DNA of 64,000 nucleotides, taken from contig CM039009.1 in the NCBI GenBank assembly GCA_017499595.2, forward strand, positions 1,984,001 through 2,048,000, written 5' to 3'. Both the position numbers and the translations under genes were made by a program. The stretch comes from Psilocybe cubensis (taxonomy: Eukaryota). Positions 1 to 12,959 of the stretch are shown here, piece after piece; position 1 is the first letter of the stretch, and every line of letters begins with the position of its first letter. The notes under the pieces are model-generated. The model worked only from the letters and a program-made list of their open reading frames with translations. It did not search any database and was not told the origin of the DNA.

Positions 1-267
1 CTGCCCTTCAGAACAGCATCGTAGAGACACCCTGCGTAACCTCGGCTACATGGGAGCAGGCGGGTAGCTTATTTGCAGCATACCGTCTACTCGATCTCGT
101 AGCGTTGTGGCCAGCAGCCTTTGGACCATCGTTGCCGGTGACCGTGCCCCTGAATGAAATACAGGCCAGCACAGGAACTAAGGAAATATTTTCACGGTTC
201 AAGGTATGCGATCATGAAGTCACTCAATGTTAATTCTTAATTTTCAAACAATTATTGTAGCTTGTAG

Positions 268-3200
268 ATGACTTGAAGGACTGGCCGGCAATGCTCTGCT
301 CTGCCAGGAAGCGCATCCTCAGAGCCGACTCTAAGTCGCACAGAAACATCAACACCCCTTCTATCAGTGACACGCCGTCATCCGCTTTCACCCAGGGCGG
401 GCCCTCGGAATCAACGCTATTACTCTGTCTGGCGCGTAACCACTTCAAGGGTGTTGTGGGGAAAATAATCGGGAATGTGTACTGCGCCTCGCTACACTAC
501 CAAATCTTGTCAGGAATGCGCGGTATGAAGGACGATGAACACGTTCTACCAGACATTCCAACGGACACGGCTACTCTTGCAAATCTCTAGTAAGTTTTCT
601 TTCCTCTATTCATTGATACAATCTGCTCAACATACCCTAGTGCAAGCGGCCATCCTGATGCTGCGTTGTTCCTCTCAGAGGTCACGCCATCTCATTTAAA
701 AATTCCTCTGCATGTCGCCCTTTTCATATCCCCCATCCTTCTTTTTGTGAATAAATCTTGGTATTCTAAGAAATGTGACCGGGAGCAGCTGCTTAAAGTA
801 GGTGTATCCACATCCTCCCAGTTTAACTTGGATTAACGCACTCCTTTAGGCCTCAAAAGCGCTCGGTAATTGTCGCCCCCGTGTTCTGCGTGAAGTGGAG
901 ATGGAAATTTGGAAAATCATTGCAGCGCAAAATTGCGACATCCAGTCAGCCTTATATAAACTTGTTATCTCAGACTGCTGGATGGAATGCGAGCGGGTAA
1001 TTGCACAAGATCCCGCGTTTCACTTTTTCATATGTGTGTTCTACGTACTGTAACAAAATAACAATTTAAACTAATAATTGGCCAGCGTCAACGAGCAGCG
1101 CCGAGGTTACAGCAAATTTTAACCTAGCAAGGCGCAGCACTGAACCACACGGTAAGTTATAAGCAAAGTCTGCGTCAATTACATGATTTAAATCCGTTTA
1201 AAACAGCTCAACTTCAGACCGTTTCCCATCATGGTGAAAAAACCACCTGTGAAGGGTCCGACGCAGACGCGGAGGGTGACGATGATCACGAAGTGGACAC
1301 GACAGAAATGGTCAGCATGGGTCAACGGGAGAACGGGGACAATACGGTCCCTACCTCAAATATACAGCCTCCGGAAGACACGTCTTCAGTGGCTGGCAAG
1401 GATGTCAGCATGGGTCAACAGGAGAACGGGGACAATACGGTCCCTACCTCAGATATACAGCCTCCGGAAGACACATCTTCGGTGGCTGGCAAGGATGTGC
1501 CCACGGACGAGCAACCTGGTTTGCCGCGGAGTGATGATATTGGATCTGGTCTACTTCAGACTGAGAATACTGGGCCCTCATCTGCAGGGGATTGTGAGAT
1601 GAACGTCGATCCGGAGCAAGCTGATGTCGACCATCAAATGGAGGATGGTCCACATACCAATGGTCCAGAAAATTTGGGAGATGGCGGGCTGGACAAGGAG
1701 CTGAAGGGTCTTCTGACGAGGCAAATCGTATGTCGGAAGTTCACGAGGGCGAAAAGCAGGGGCAAGACGGAGAACGACCCGACGAGGAGAACCGAATGTC
1801 AGAAGATGGTGAGGAGGAAAGGCCAGACGACAGTTCGTCGGACAATGAGACCGAGAAGCAGGGGCAAGGGGATGTTCCACCAGTCCAGGAGGACAGAATG
1901 TCGGTCGATGGAGAGGGGGTAGGCCCAGAGCAAAACAATGATTCCTCAGACATGGAGAGGAATACATTGGAAGACAGCCAAGGCGAAAAGGAGGGGGAGA
2001 ACGCACCTCCTGCTCCTCTTATTTTGAGGATTCCTCCTGTTTCCCAGATAAACAGGAGCAAAAACACCACGGCTGACTCCTCTCAGAAAGGGAAAGGGAA
2101 GGGCCGGCAGGGCCTTTCCAAGCGGCCTCCCAAACGCAAGCCGACGCAGGCTACCGACACATTTGATTCGGACGACGACCTGTGTATTGATGTCGATCTG
2201 TACGACAGCAACACCACCCTTGATGTCGTCAGCACTCCGGAGAAGGTGTATGGCACCAAAGTTTGGTCCACCTACAACGGTCGTGGCCAACTTAAAAGTT
2301 TCTGCGTTGTTGCCCATGTAAGTCATTCTCGATATTGATTTTTTCGTCATTTATTTATTCTCCAAACAAGAGTCAAGCCGACGTGGATCGTGTTGAAAGG
2401 GTTCTGGAATTGGTCGAGAGTGACTACGTCGATGGAGTTCCATTGCACATAGCACGTCCCGAAGAATCATGTTTTGCGGTATTCGACCGCAGCACCACGA
2501 AATCCATGTATCTGATGGAGTCTTTCTCTGAAAGGAACGTCGTCCTTATGTCTCCTTCTCAAGAGGAGTCTATTTCAACTTGCTCCGACGAGTTCTACAG
2601 CCAGGTACGTCGCCATATGGGTGATATGACGAGCACCAGGTCAATCCAAGGTGTGTTTCCTCTTCGATGTTTTGATTTTTCTTTCTGCGTCTCATGCTAA
2701 TGGCCGTAACAGATATGTCGACCATGTCGTCTAACCCCATCGAGAGGATTAAGCGTGGGTCCCTCTCTCAGGTCATGGAAGCAGCGAGGATGAAAGGCAA
2801 AAGAGGAAAGATCCTCAATGCCCTCGACATCCCTTTACCTCATGCAGGCGCTCACTCTTTTGACTTGAGTACTGAGGCGGCTGCTCTTCGGGCTACATCT
2901 GGTAGCTGGAAGTATAGTACCCCCGTCCCATTTGGTGATATGTCATGGGGACTCGTAGCTACAGAGGGGGCATTTTCAGATATCCATATCGATGCCAATG
3001 GTTTCTGTTCCTTCATCCAACCTCTTCATGGACTGAAGCTGTGGATTATCATGTATCCCAGACGGTTGGATGTTGACCTTTCTTCTGACCGCCGTGTATT
3101 TCTGGGAGACAAGCTGGATTACGGGGAAACGCACCACCAAGACTGGATTTACGAGGCGATTGTTCTCGATAACCAGTCAGAACTGTATGTGATTTTTGAA

Positions 3201-4382
3201 TGTCCTACCCATTTGATTATATTGACGCTACTTTGAAAAACAGCTTCATGAGACCGAATACTCTACATATGGCGTATTCTATCTCCTCAGTGGTTTGCCG
3301 TGGCGGACATTTTTACTCCTCCACTTCCTTCGAAGAAACCCTGACAGGAATCATTCACTGTTTTACCGCTGGATACAGGGCAACGAATACGAATCATTCA
3401 ACGTCCCGATTTTTCCTGCAGCAAACCATACATTGGTTCTACAAGGTTTTGGTTGAAGGTGACAGCGACCCAGAAGGTATGAGGTTTTTTACCGTTTCCT
3501 ACAAGATATCTGATTCTTTTCTTCTATTTTCTCTCAGATTTTTATGAAATGTACCATGTCCCATTCTACAGTACGCAGTCCGGATACTCGAGCTTGATAG
3601 CTCTGTGCGTGTGCATGATCTTGGCAAATGCGCTCGACTACGAGACCTATCGAAATCCCGATCAGATGTTCTCCACCAAGACTTCGGCACAGTTAGACGC
3701 ATGGATGCGGTGGGATACCAACAGCCTGAGCGACGAAGAGCGCAAGGCGTGCATCTTTGCCCGTGGCGAAGCCTTGGCTATTCTAGAGTGGCTATGTCAT
3801 CGCACGAAGTCCATCCACTACATGATTGAGACGGACAAAAACAAGGATGCACAAAATATCATGGCGACAGAAAAGTTCCATGAAATGATACTTTGCCGCT
3901 ATGCCCGTATGATTCTAGCCTACGACGCAGAAGCCAAACATAACAACATTGGTGGTGCCCCTTGCTGTACCGACACCAGTTTGCTTTTTGTCCAGCTTCA
4001 GGGCGTCTGCAGCGGAGAATTGAACAAGGTTATATGTCGCAGTATCGACCAGCTTCCTCGTTCCTCGGTCCCAAAGATGCTCAAGTTACCCGTAATCACT
4101 CTCATTGACTGTGATGCCTGTGCGGATTCCTCAACGCAATTGAGTAGGTGGACCAGTGTCTGCCTTTGGATATTCACTAACCACGTCACAAACTAGGAAC
4201 TCCCAAGGAGATTCTGGAACTTGGTACGAGTGTGAGGGATAAACTGTATCTGGATGGCATGAAAGTCAAGCTGGAGAGCACAAATCCGAGTACGTGTGTT
4301 CGATTATGCCTTTACGTCGCAAATGCTTATCTCTTCATCAGAATCAGAGTCTGTTCCGCCTTCTAAACGACGGCGACTTTGA
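268..4382 (+). CDS. Multi-exon JmjC-domain (2OG/Fe dioxygenase) protein with a long acidic low-complexity linker; true 5' end uncertain (may lie upstream); apparent -1 frameshift near 1687-1689
   Basis: ORFs 2694-3236 and 3200-3547 give SWGLVATEGAFSDIHIDANG...GLKLWII...FMRPNTLHMAYS...GGHFY, i.e. the HxD...H metal triad and conserved K of JmjC. Exons are separated by GT..AG introns (e.g. GTAAGT at 590, GTAAGT at 2318). Stop TGA at 4380-4382. Confidence 0.75.
1311..1498 (+). repeat. Two tandem copies of a 93-bp (31-aa) coding repeat
   Basis: VSMGQRENGDNTVPTSNIQPPEDTSSVAGKD at 1311 and VSMGQQENGDNTVPTSDIQPPEDTSSVAGKD at 1404; near-identical at DNA level. Confidence 0.95.
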
Positions 4383-4871
4383 TATTGTACAACACATTGA
4401 CACACATCTTGATTTACATACATGCCATGTTTTATTTAGTACTGAAAGGCGTGTATGTCCTGTAACATAATGACGATTGTTTTATTATCTGTAGTTGTGT
4501 GCTGCTCGTATCGCCAGACCAATACGCAAATTCTCGCTGGGATGAAAGCTTCTGGCTTTACTGTAACTGCTGTGCGTTTGAATTTATCATCAAGGTCAAT
4601 GAAATCAACTAACTTACGTTTGTTGATGCTTCTTCCACCCACTTCAAAAAATGTGTTAGTGTCTTTGTTCTGGTGCGTATATACAGTAAAGCTCTTCCGA
4701 AGCCCTCCTTGGATTGTACTACGGATTGGTTGAATACTAACCCATGTGAAATTTGTTTGTATTAACGGAGACATAATCAGATAACATTTATAGACCCACT
4801 GCACGTTACTGAACATTACATTATCAGTTTTTTTTTCGTATCTTCGCTTTTGTATGAGTCGTTGTTTCAAC

Positions 4872-7800
4872 ATGGGAAAGGGCAAGGGCAAGAGAACTCA
4901 GGAAATCTGTGTGCGTTGTCCTCGATGCAACAAGCCATTCGCTAAGCATGCAGATGTCCAAAATCACATCAATCAACCAAAATCGGCATGTCGTTTTCAA
5001 TATGAGAACGTTATGCATTTTCAGTCCAATCGTTCAAGCTCTACATCTAGATCAGCAACCCCCGTATCTCGAGACCCTTCTCCCGAAATTGGTAATTTTA
5101 TGGAAGTGGACTATATCGACAATTTTCTTGGCGCGTCATCAGAGATGGAAGATGACCCACCCCCCAAGGCATCAAAATACAACTATCCGTACGTGAAGGA
5201 GGATTATAACGGGGCTGGAAGAGCATTTGGAACAGGCCTTACATTCATGGATCAGCTCAAACAGGATCAATTCGAACCCCAGCGGGCGGAAAATTTGTAC
5301 TATCCTTTTGCCTCGAAAGATGAATGGGAGCTCTCCCTGTTCCTACTTCGCTCTGACATGAGCGTAGGAATGCTGAATGATTTTTTGAAACTTGAACTGG
5401 TAATTGAGCGTACATTCCCATCATTATTTATTTCAGCTGAGTCGATCCCGTATAGATAAAAAAACTCAACTTGTCCTACAAGTCGGCAAAAGATCTACGC
5501 AACCGGGCAGAGATCCTTCCCTCTGGTCCGCAGTGGAAGAGTCAAACGATCATACCAGAAATACCAAGCAAAAATCAGCTAACGCTTTTTTACCGCGATG
5601 GATTGGAATGTATCAAGGCGCTTCTCATCAGTCCCTTGCTCCAAGATAGCATGCACTTTAGCCCATTCAAGCTCTTCGACAAGTGCAACGAGATGATGCG
5701 GGTATACACTGAGTGGTTTAGCGGTGACATTGCGCATTTTATGCAGGTTAGTAGCAATGCCTTTGTCCAAGTTTGACGACAGTATAACAAGGTTCCCAAG
5801 GACCAGCTCCCAAAAGGAGCAACACTTGTACCTCCTATTATTTCCACGGATAAAACCAACATTTCCAACATGACCGGAGGCCGTGTCGCCTACCCTGGCC
5901 TTATCAGCATTGCCAACATAATGATGAACGTTAGAAACAAATCGTCAAATCATTTATTCCTTCTTTTTGTTCTTCTTCCCATACCAAAGTTTCTTCATCG
6001 CTCCAAAGCTGTGAATGGGATGATGGCAGCACGGCTATATCACCAGTGCATGGACATTGCTCTAGAATCGGTCAAACAAACTGCGAGGGTGGGAACCACC
6101 ATGGCAGATGCATTGGGGAATAATCGTTTCTGCTTTACACCGCTTGCTGCCCTTATCGTTGATACTCCAGAATCTGCTCTGGCGGCTTGCGTCGCAGGAT
6201 CCACATCCTCTGTGACGTTGGCACAATACGAGACGTTTGGGGATTCCTTTCGCCACCCTTCCCGAACTGCAGATCATACAATCAACACCATCATGGCCAT
6301 CAACAATGTTAAGCCCCCTAATCATCTCGAACCATATCTAAAAGAAAGCAAAAAGCACCGTCTCAATGGGGTTCACCTACCGTTTTGGAGAGATTGGCCC
6401 TTGTCTGATCCTTCTGCATTCCTTACGCCTGAACCCCTTCATCACTGGCACAAGATGTTCTGGGATCATGATGCAAAATGGTGCATTGCTGCAGTCGGAG
6501 GTTCCGAATTGGATTTTCGATTTTCGATTTTACAGCACCGCACTGGTTTCCGACACTTCAAGGAAGGGATTTCTTCCTTGAAACAAGTGACCGGTAGGGA
6601 ACATCGGGACGTTCAGCGATACATTGTTGCTCTCATTGCAGACACAGTCAGTACACCCTTTATCTTAGCCATCCGGTCTCTGATGGACTTTCGGTATCTC
6701 GCACAATCTCAAACAATCTCCGAGGCAATGTGTCTCAGAATTGAGCAGGCACTGCAAGATTTCCATGCCAATAAACAAGCCATCCTTGACGCGGGAGCAC
6801 GTCGAGGTAAAAAAAACAACCCAATCGATAATTTCTATATTCCAAAACTCGAGTTTTTGCAAAGTGTAGTACACGCAATTAGACTAAATGGATGTGCAAT
6901 CCAATGGTCTGCAGACACGACAGAGCATGCACATATCGAGGTGGTCAAAGCCCCTTCCAGTTCCAGCAATAATCAAAGATACGAGCCTCAAGTTTGTCGA
7001 TACCTTGATCGTCGTGACAAATTGCGCAATTTCGATTTGTTTACAGCTATACGAGAAATGAGGATTGATTTTCGGGCTATACACTCTGCAACAATTACGG
7101 ATGAGGAGGAGCAGGAGGAGGGGGATGAGGGGGAGGAAAACGGCGAGGTTGTGATGGACACAACGTCAGAACTTCTTTCAACAATCATGCCGATGACAAC
7201 CTTTCAATCAGCAAAGTCCAATCGCATTGTGGATTACTTCTACAAAGCTAGTCTCTATGAGCGTGGCGTATTGGAAGGCCCAGTCCCCTACAGAACATTT
7301 TCTTGCAGCAAAAACGTTGTTGCCCATTTATCTAGGGATGCTAGTTCCAAAAGATTGCATATCGACGAGGTTGCGAGCATTTTTAAAATTCCCGACCTAC
7401 GACCAGCAATTGCCGATTATGTGTCACTCATCAATAAGGAATCAAATCCGAGACAGACCAATTCTCGAGGTTATCACATCAAGGGGATAACTGGCAGGCG
7501 TGTTTCTCCTCCCGGTTGTCCGTTGCCGTATTCAAAACTTGAGGTATGGCATAAGGTCCGTATACAGTCGACTGCGTACCAATACCCTCATGAGATCCTG
7601 GAGGCAGTCACACTTAATGCATATCCGCCATCTAACAAACATCCTTTTGGATACTTCGATTCAGCAATCATAAACGTGGATGAATCTGAGGAGTGGCCTC
7701 GCAGCGGGCTTCAAGGTAGTACTTCTTTGTGACTTTTTTCCGAACCCCGTTGACCAGCCAATATTGTAGGCCATTCTGTCGTCGACATTCGTATTATTTT

Positions 7801-8158
7801 TCGCATTGTCGGAGAGACACCCAGTACTGTGTCTCCCGATATTACTGGAAGATTTCTCGCATACGTCCAACGTTTTGAGGTTTTAAATCAGCCACAGTCT
7901 CTAGGTTCTGCGATCCGTGGACCTTACCCAGAGCCAATAACCGGCATGTATAAATTAAAACGAAGTCAACGTACAGATAACACCATTATGGGTGGAATTT
8001 TACCATTGAATCAAATACGCTCCCTGGTTGATCTGGTCCCTCAGATGGGCGAGAAGGCAAGGCGAAGCCTTACTACACATAACAGTCATTCCACTAGCAC
8101 CGAGTTCCGATTAAACAAATATTTTGACAAAGAACTCTATTTGGCCCTGTCATCATAA
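4872..8158 (+). CDS. Plavaka-family transposase with an N-terminal zinc finger; about 4 exons
   Basis: CPRCNKPF...HINQPKSAC zinc finger; YYPFASKDEWEL; RVYTEWFSGD; IISTDKTNIS...AYPGLISIANI; IVDTPE; PEPLHHWHKMFWDH; PKLEFLQ...WSADTTEHAHI; C-terminal LNKYFDKELY. These motifs are characteristic of fungal Plavaka transposases. Introns at about 5400-5455, 5747-5800 and 7717-7769. Confidence 0.88.
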
Positions 8159-8198
8159 CATATCCACCTCAGGAAACCCACAAAGTTTTCAATCCCTA

Positions 8199-8712
8199 AT
8201 GCACATTGCCACTCAAATTATCACCCAACACGCCGGCCTCGTTGTACACAAAGACGACTCGGATCAATATCAACAGCCGCTTCTCACCAGTCCCGCTTTC
8301 TCACACTGTATCATCGTCACCTACTGCATATCCCTCCATCCATCTCATCTCTGCAGAATCAAGTCGTTCTCGCTCATCTTCCGCTCACCACCGCCCAAAC
8401 TCCAAAGGATTCTTCCCAGAGTGCCTCTTCCTCTAAACAAAAATTCGCCTCCAGTCTTGTTGGTCCGTCCTGTCCTCAATTAGCGCCCATCTTGCCGGAG
8501 ATACTCACTTTATTTTTTCAATTCCATTGCAGATTAAGCTGTCAGCACCTTATCTGAGATCTGGCGCCCTCAAGACATTCCCTCCCTATTTCTACCCACT
8601 GAAGTCCTTTGAGGATTGAGGACATCTGGAAACATACTGCAGACAGCACTATGTTATCTCGAAGCCATTCGTCCCAAGGTTCCCAAAATTTGCAAGAGGA
8701 AAGCATTGGCCT
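8199..8712 (+). pseudogene. Truncated, internally deleted duplicate of the 5' part of the downstream cyclin gene
   Basis: ~8330-8590 closely matches ~8765-9030, including the same intron (GTCCGTCC...TTGCAG). ~8600-8710 matches ~9250-9360 (RTSxNxLQxALCYLExIRPKVP). Reading frames are broken. Confidence 0.8.
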
Positions 8713-9842
8713 CTCTCCCACAATCCATACCTGCCATGCCTCTGTATCATTACCTACTGAATACCCCTCCATCCGTCTCATTTCTGCAGAATCAAGTTGT
8801 TCTCACTCATCTATTCCACCCACCACTGCGCAAATTCCAAAGGATTCTTCCCAGAGCGCCTCTTCTTCTAAACAAAAATTTTTTTCAAGGCTTGCCGGTC
8901 CGTCCTGTCCTCAATTAGCGCCCACCTTGCCGGAGATACTCACTTTATTTTTTAAATTCCATTGCAGATCAAGCTGTCAGCACCTTGTCCGAGATCTGGC
9001 ACCCTCAGGATATTCCTTCCGTGTTCCTACCCCCCGCCAAAGTAGGGGGTAGCTCTTTTCCTCCTACTCATTCCCGTCCAACTTCCAAGCAGATCTCTTC
9101 CGATTTGCAATCCATAGCGTCTCATACACATCCAATACATCCACACAACAGTCATCCCTCCGTATCCGGCCATAACCCTTCCCCGACCCTCTTGCTTGCC
9201 TTGGGCACCAAATCCGATCAGATATTACCCCTCAAGTCTTTTGTTTATAAAGTCCTTCGCCACTCAAGGACATCTAAAAACGTACTGCAGATAGCACTAT
9301 GTTATCTAGAATCCATTCGTCCCAAGGTCCCACAGATTTTGCAAGAGGAAAACATCGGCATTCGCTCTTATGCTCAGCCCAAAAGCAGTATTCAGAAAGC
9401 TACCCCAGAAGAGCTGGCGATGGATGCTGAGCTTACTGCTCTTGAGAACTCCGGCAAGATCAACATCATCAATAATTTCATTGACAATTCTATGCAAACA
9501 TTCCGTGTTGCCGATTCTGGTTCACAAGATCTGGCTGAATCGTGCATCTATCCACAAGACTCTCTGTCCAGCGTAGATGTGCAGGTCTCAACGGCTCCTC
9601 TTTCCACCACCCTTTCTTTGCCATCTCCCCTCCTGTGTCCCCGTAGAGCCTTTCTGGCATCCCTCATCCTGGCCTCCAAATTTTCACAAGAAAAGTGTTA
9701 TTCTAACCGTGCTTGGGCAAGGTTATCTGGTCTCCCACCTCGTGAAATTGGTCGCTGCGAACGTGCCCTCGCACAAGCCTTGCAATGGCGACTCTGGGTC
9801 GGCAAATGCGCCTTTGGTGAGAGTGCTGCAACTGCCACATAG
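8651..9842 (+). CDS. Pcl/Pho80-class cyclin-like protein (start codon uncertain)
   Basis: KQKFFSRLA|DQAVSTLSEIWHPQDIP after splicing; LKSFVYKVLRHSRTSKNVLQIALCYL; LPSPLLCPRRAFLASLILASKFSQEKCYSNRAWARLSGLPPREIGRCERALAQALQWRLWV cyclin box. Confidence 0.85.
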
Positions 9843-10086
9843 TCTCAATAAGTTTCAACTTTCACGACCGCGCCATGTAGTACGCATTCTCAATAATCAC
9901 TCTTTTGCTTGCCACCACTACGCGCGCTCCTCCCGCATTCAGTTAGATAGGCATCTTCTTAGACTAGCCTAGAAAAATCTATAGAACTTTGTTTTACGTA
10001 TACAGAACCCCTGAAGAATTTTTATACCCGCGAAGTTTGTTTTCAGCTTGAATTCCAACTACGACAAAGTGAGCGTATCACACACC

Positions 10087-10637
10087 ATGCAAATCATCAG
10101 CTATGAGGAAATTTTACGAATCGAAGCAGAAGTATTGGCCCCTACTTTCCCAGATCTAATACATCCTACAACTTTCCCAGAGGCCGCCTCACTTGCTTCT
10201 CAAAGACAGCAATACGACTTGGAAATGGCTCAGTTAGTTGAGCAGACCCAAAAAATGGTCCTTTTGACCGAGAACAGGCTGATACTGGCCATCCTGGCCC
10301 TTTTCAACGAAATTAACTGGACCACCCTGGACCCAAGGTTACTATCGTTGGCTAAAGCCAAGATTACCGAGGGTGACCAGTGGCTCAAAGCACGAGCCGT
10401 GAGTTTTCTGTTTCTTCAAGTTTCAAGTTGATACTCTTGCTTAAGATAACTAGGAGGAGACACTTCGGGATGCAGACTCAGGCAGCCCCGAGCACATATT
10501 GACCCAAGGGATGTCCATTATAGCCAACGGCCAGATTCATATTCGAACGGTAGAGGTGAGTCACAGTGATAACTACTTTGTTTCTACACTTTCTTAGTAA
10601 TGGGCAGGATCTCATACGAGAATGTCAGGATCATTAA
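10087..10637 (+). CDS. Small helical hypothetical protein, 3 exons
   Basis: ORF 10048-10431 is continued through GTGAGT donors (10399, 10556) and AG acceptors into EETLRDAD... and DLIRECQDH*. Confidence 0.55.
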
Positions 10638-10949
10638 TAGGGTCAAGATACTACATTGTAAATAGACACTTAATTGCCTTTAAAAATGTACATTTTATTG
10701 CTTGATATGATTGAAGAGCTTTACTGAGACCAATCACATTGGACATCAAACTCTCCTAAGTCTGGAATCGTACATAGAGATAGCTAGGAAAATCCAAAGC
10801 TCGCAGTAGTAATGTTGGAATGCTACAGAGCTCAACGGAGCATCCCGCCGATGACACATGACGCTATACTGTCTACAGCCCACTTTGATGCTACATCCGG
10901 TTGGCAGGACAATACGTTGAGTTACCTCCGAAAATCCGGATTTACTGAT

Positions 10950-12883
10950 GTCCCAGAATTCGATCCGCTTCGTCGAGAAACCGCAAAAACAGTAGGAGAA
11001 TGGATTCTACGAAACTTAATCTACAGATATGGAATCCTCATCGAAATTGTCACGGATAATGGACCCCCAATTGTCAAAGCTTGTGAATACCTTTCCAAAC
11101 GGTATCATATCAATTACATTCGCATCTCGAGCTACAATTCACAAGCAAATGGTCTCGTTGAACGCAGCCATTTTGATGTTCGTCAAGCCCTCTTCAAAGC
11201 ATGCGATGGGGATCAATCCAAGTGGTCTCTATACGTTCACTACGTTTTCTGGGCCGAAAGAGTTACAGTACGACGTCGGATGGGATGTTCACCTTATTTT
11301 GCACTTACAGGAACGCACCCCTTGCACCCCTTTGATATTGTCGAAGCCAATTACCTTCTACCGCCCCCAGATTCCATTCTATCAACCACAGACCTTATTT
11401 CTCGCCGCGCAGTCGCTCTCTCAAAACGTCGATCCGATCTTGCAAAGTTACACTCAAAAGTGTATGAAGAACGCCTCAAAGCAGCTACCCGATTCGAACG
11501 AGAACATGCCAACACAATTTGTGACTACGATTTCAAGCTCGGAGACTTAGTTCTCATTCGAAATACGGCTATCGAGAAGTCTCTCAACAGAAAAATGCGA
11601 GCTCGTTACCTCGGACCACTCATTGTCATTTCCAGAAACAAAGGAGGTGCCTACATACTTGCTGAACTCGATGGCTCCCTCTTCGATCGCCCTGTCGCCG
11701 CCTTTCGAGTCATTCCCTACTTTCCCAGACAGAAACTCGACTTACCACCCCTCGATGAACTCCTAGATGTGTCCCAAAAGCGACTACAACAACTTAAAGA
11801 CTCAGTTTCACCTGACCCGGATGAAGACCTTGATTCTGAAGATTACAACGCAATACCACAGGACAACGACCCCCTCTAGTTTACATTACAGTTGGGAGGA
11901 GTCTTCGACATTCAACAGCCTACTTCAAACTTTTATCCCACATACACGACAGCCACCTTCTTAATCCAGTTTATTCACTTCCATTTCAATTCCATTTCAT
12001 TCTTGATTTTTCATCCACCACTCTCCATATATTGATTTTCAAACTTTTATACATCTTTCCTATTCGCACAACTGACTGGGGACAGTCAGATTTTCAGTTG
12101 GGAGGAGATGATACGCAGTGCAGCTTGCTAACCACGGAAATCGCGCGCACCAAGTCCACTTTCCCACGCTTCACATGATCGCGGAACATCAATACACCAC
12201 CGACATCGCCCACCGACACCGATATTCCTCGCTCCCGATTCAATTACTCATTTATTTCTCATCACCATTCCATTTTGTATGCGTCTTCGTAATATTTTAA
12301 CAAATTTTCTTCATTTTAAAACCTGAATTTCATATACAGCACAGCTTTCATTTTACCCACACTTTCCGAGTAGACACAATAGGCGCCCGATTTCGCACCC
12401 TTGCCGTTTCCTCCCCATCCGAGAAAATTTTACAATTTAATTAATCTACTTCTTCTGTAGACTTACTCATAGTGTCTTGGCCTCCATATTTCGTGTTCGC
12501 TTCGCTTATCTCTTTACAAACTTTGTTTTACACACACACCCCAGCTCAGTAGTATAAAAACTAGCTAGAAAATTATCTACACAATAACACATCGTTCACC
12601 TCTCGTTTCCATCGTGCTCTCATCGTTTTCAGCTGGTTAAGAAGACCAGGGAAACCCTCTCGCACCCTCAGACGCCTCTCATAGCGGTTCTCCAGTTGCT
12701 TTTACTTGTTTACTCTTTTTTTGTTTGCTCGACGCACCTAGGACGCCGCTGGCACATCAACGTTTTCCCTATTGATTTCTTACGATGCGTGTACTAACTT
12801 GGCCAAGTTTTATTTTTTGCATTATTATTTAGATAAACCCAGTTTCCACCGTCACTGTTCCGTAACGAATCAACCAGCATACA
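10950..12883 (+). mobile_element. 5'-truncated Ty3/Gypsy LTR retrotransposon: integrase C-terminal part, polypurine tract and 3' LTR
   Basis: ORF 10812-11879 contains IVTDNGPP, YNSQANGLVERSH and a GPY/F-like YLGPLIV. The CTGACTGGGGACAGTCAG hairpin and PPT GGGAGGAGA (12100-12108) are followed directly by TG at 12109. No gag, RT or 5' LTR is visible. Confidence 0.88.
12109..12883 (+). repeat. Probable 3' LTR (TG...CA); right end approximate
   Basis: Starts TGATACGC right after the PPT; plausible end AGCATACA at ~12883; internal TATA-like TATAAAAA at ~12553. No second copy in the window to confirm the end. Confidence 0.6.
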
Positions 12884-12959
12884 ATAGAAATCGGCCTGAA
12901 TGAAAGTTACACCCCATTACTTATCTATTTTTACTATAATTTTGATTTCCTCATTCTAT

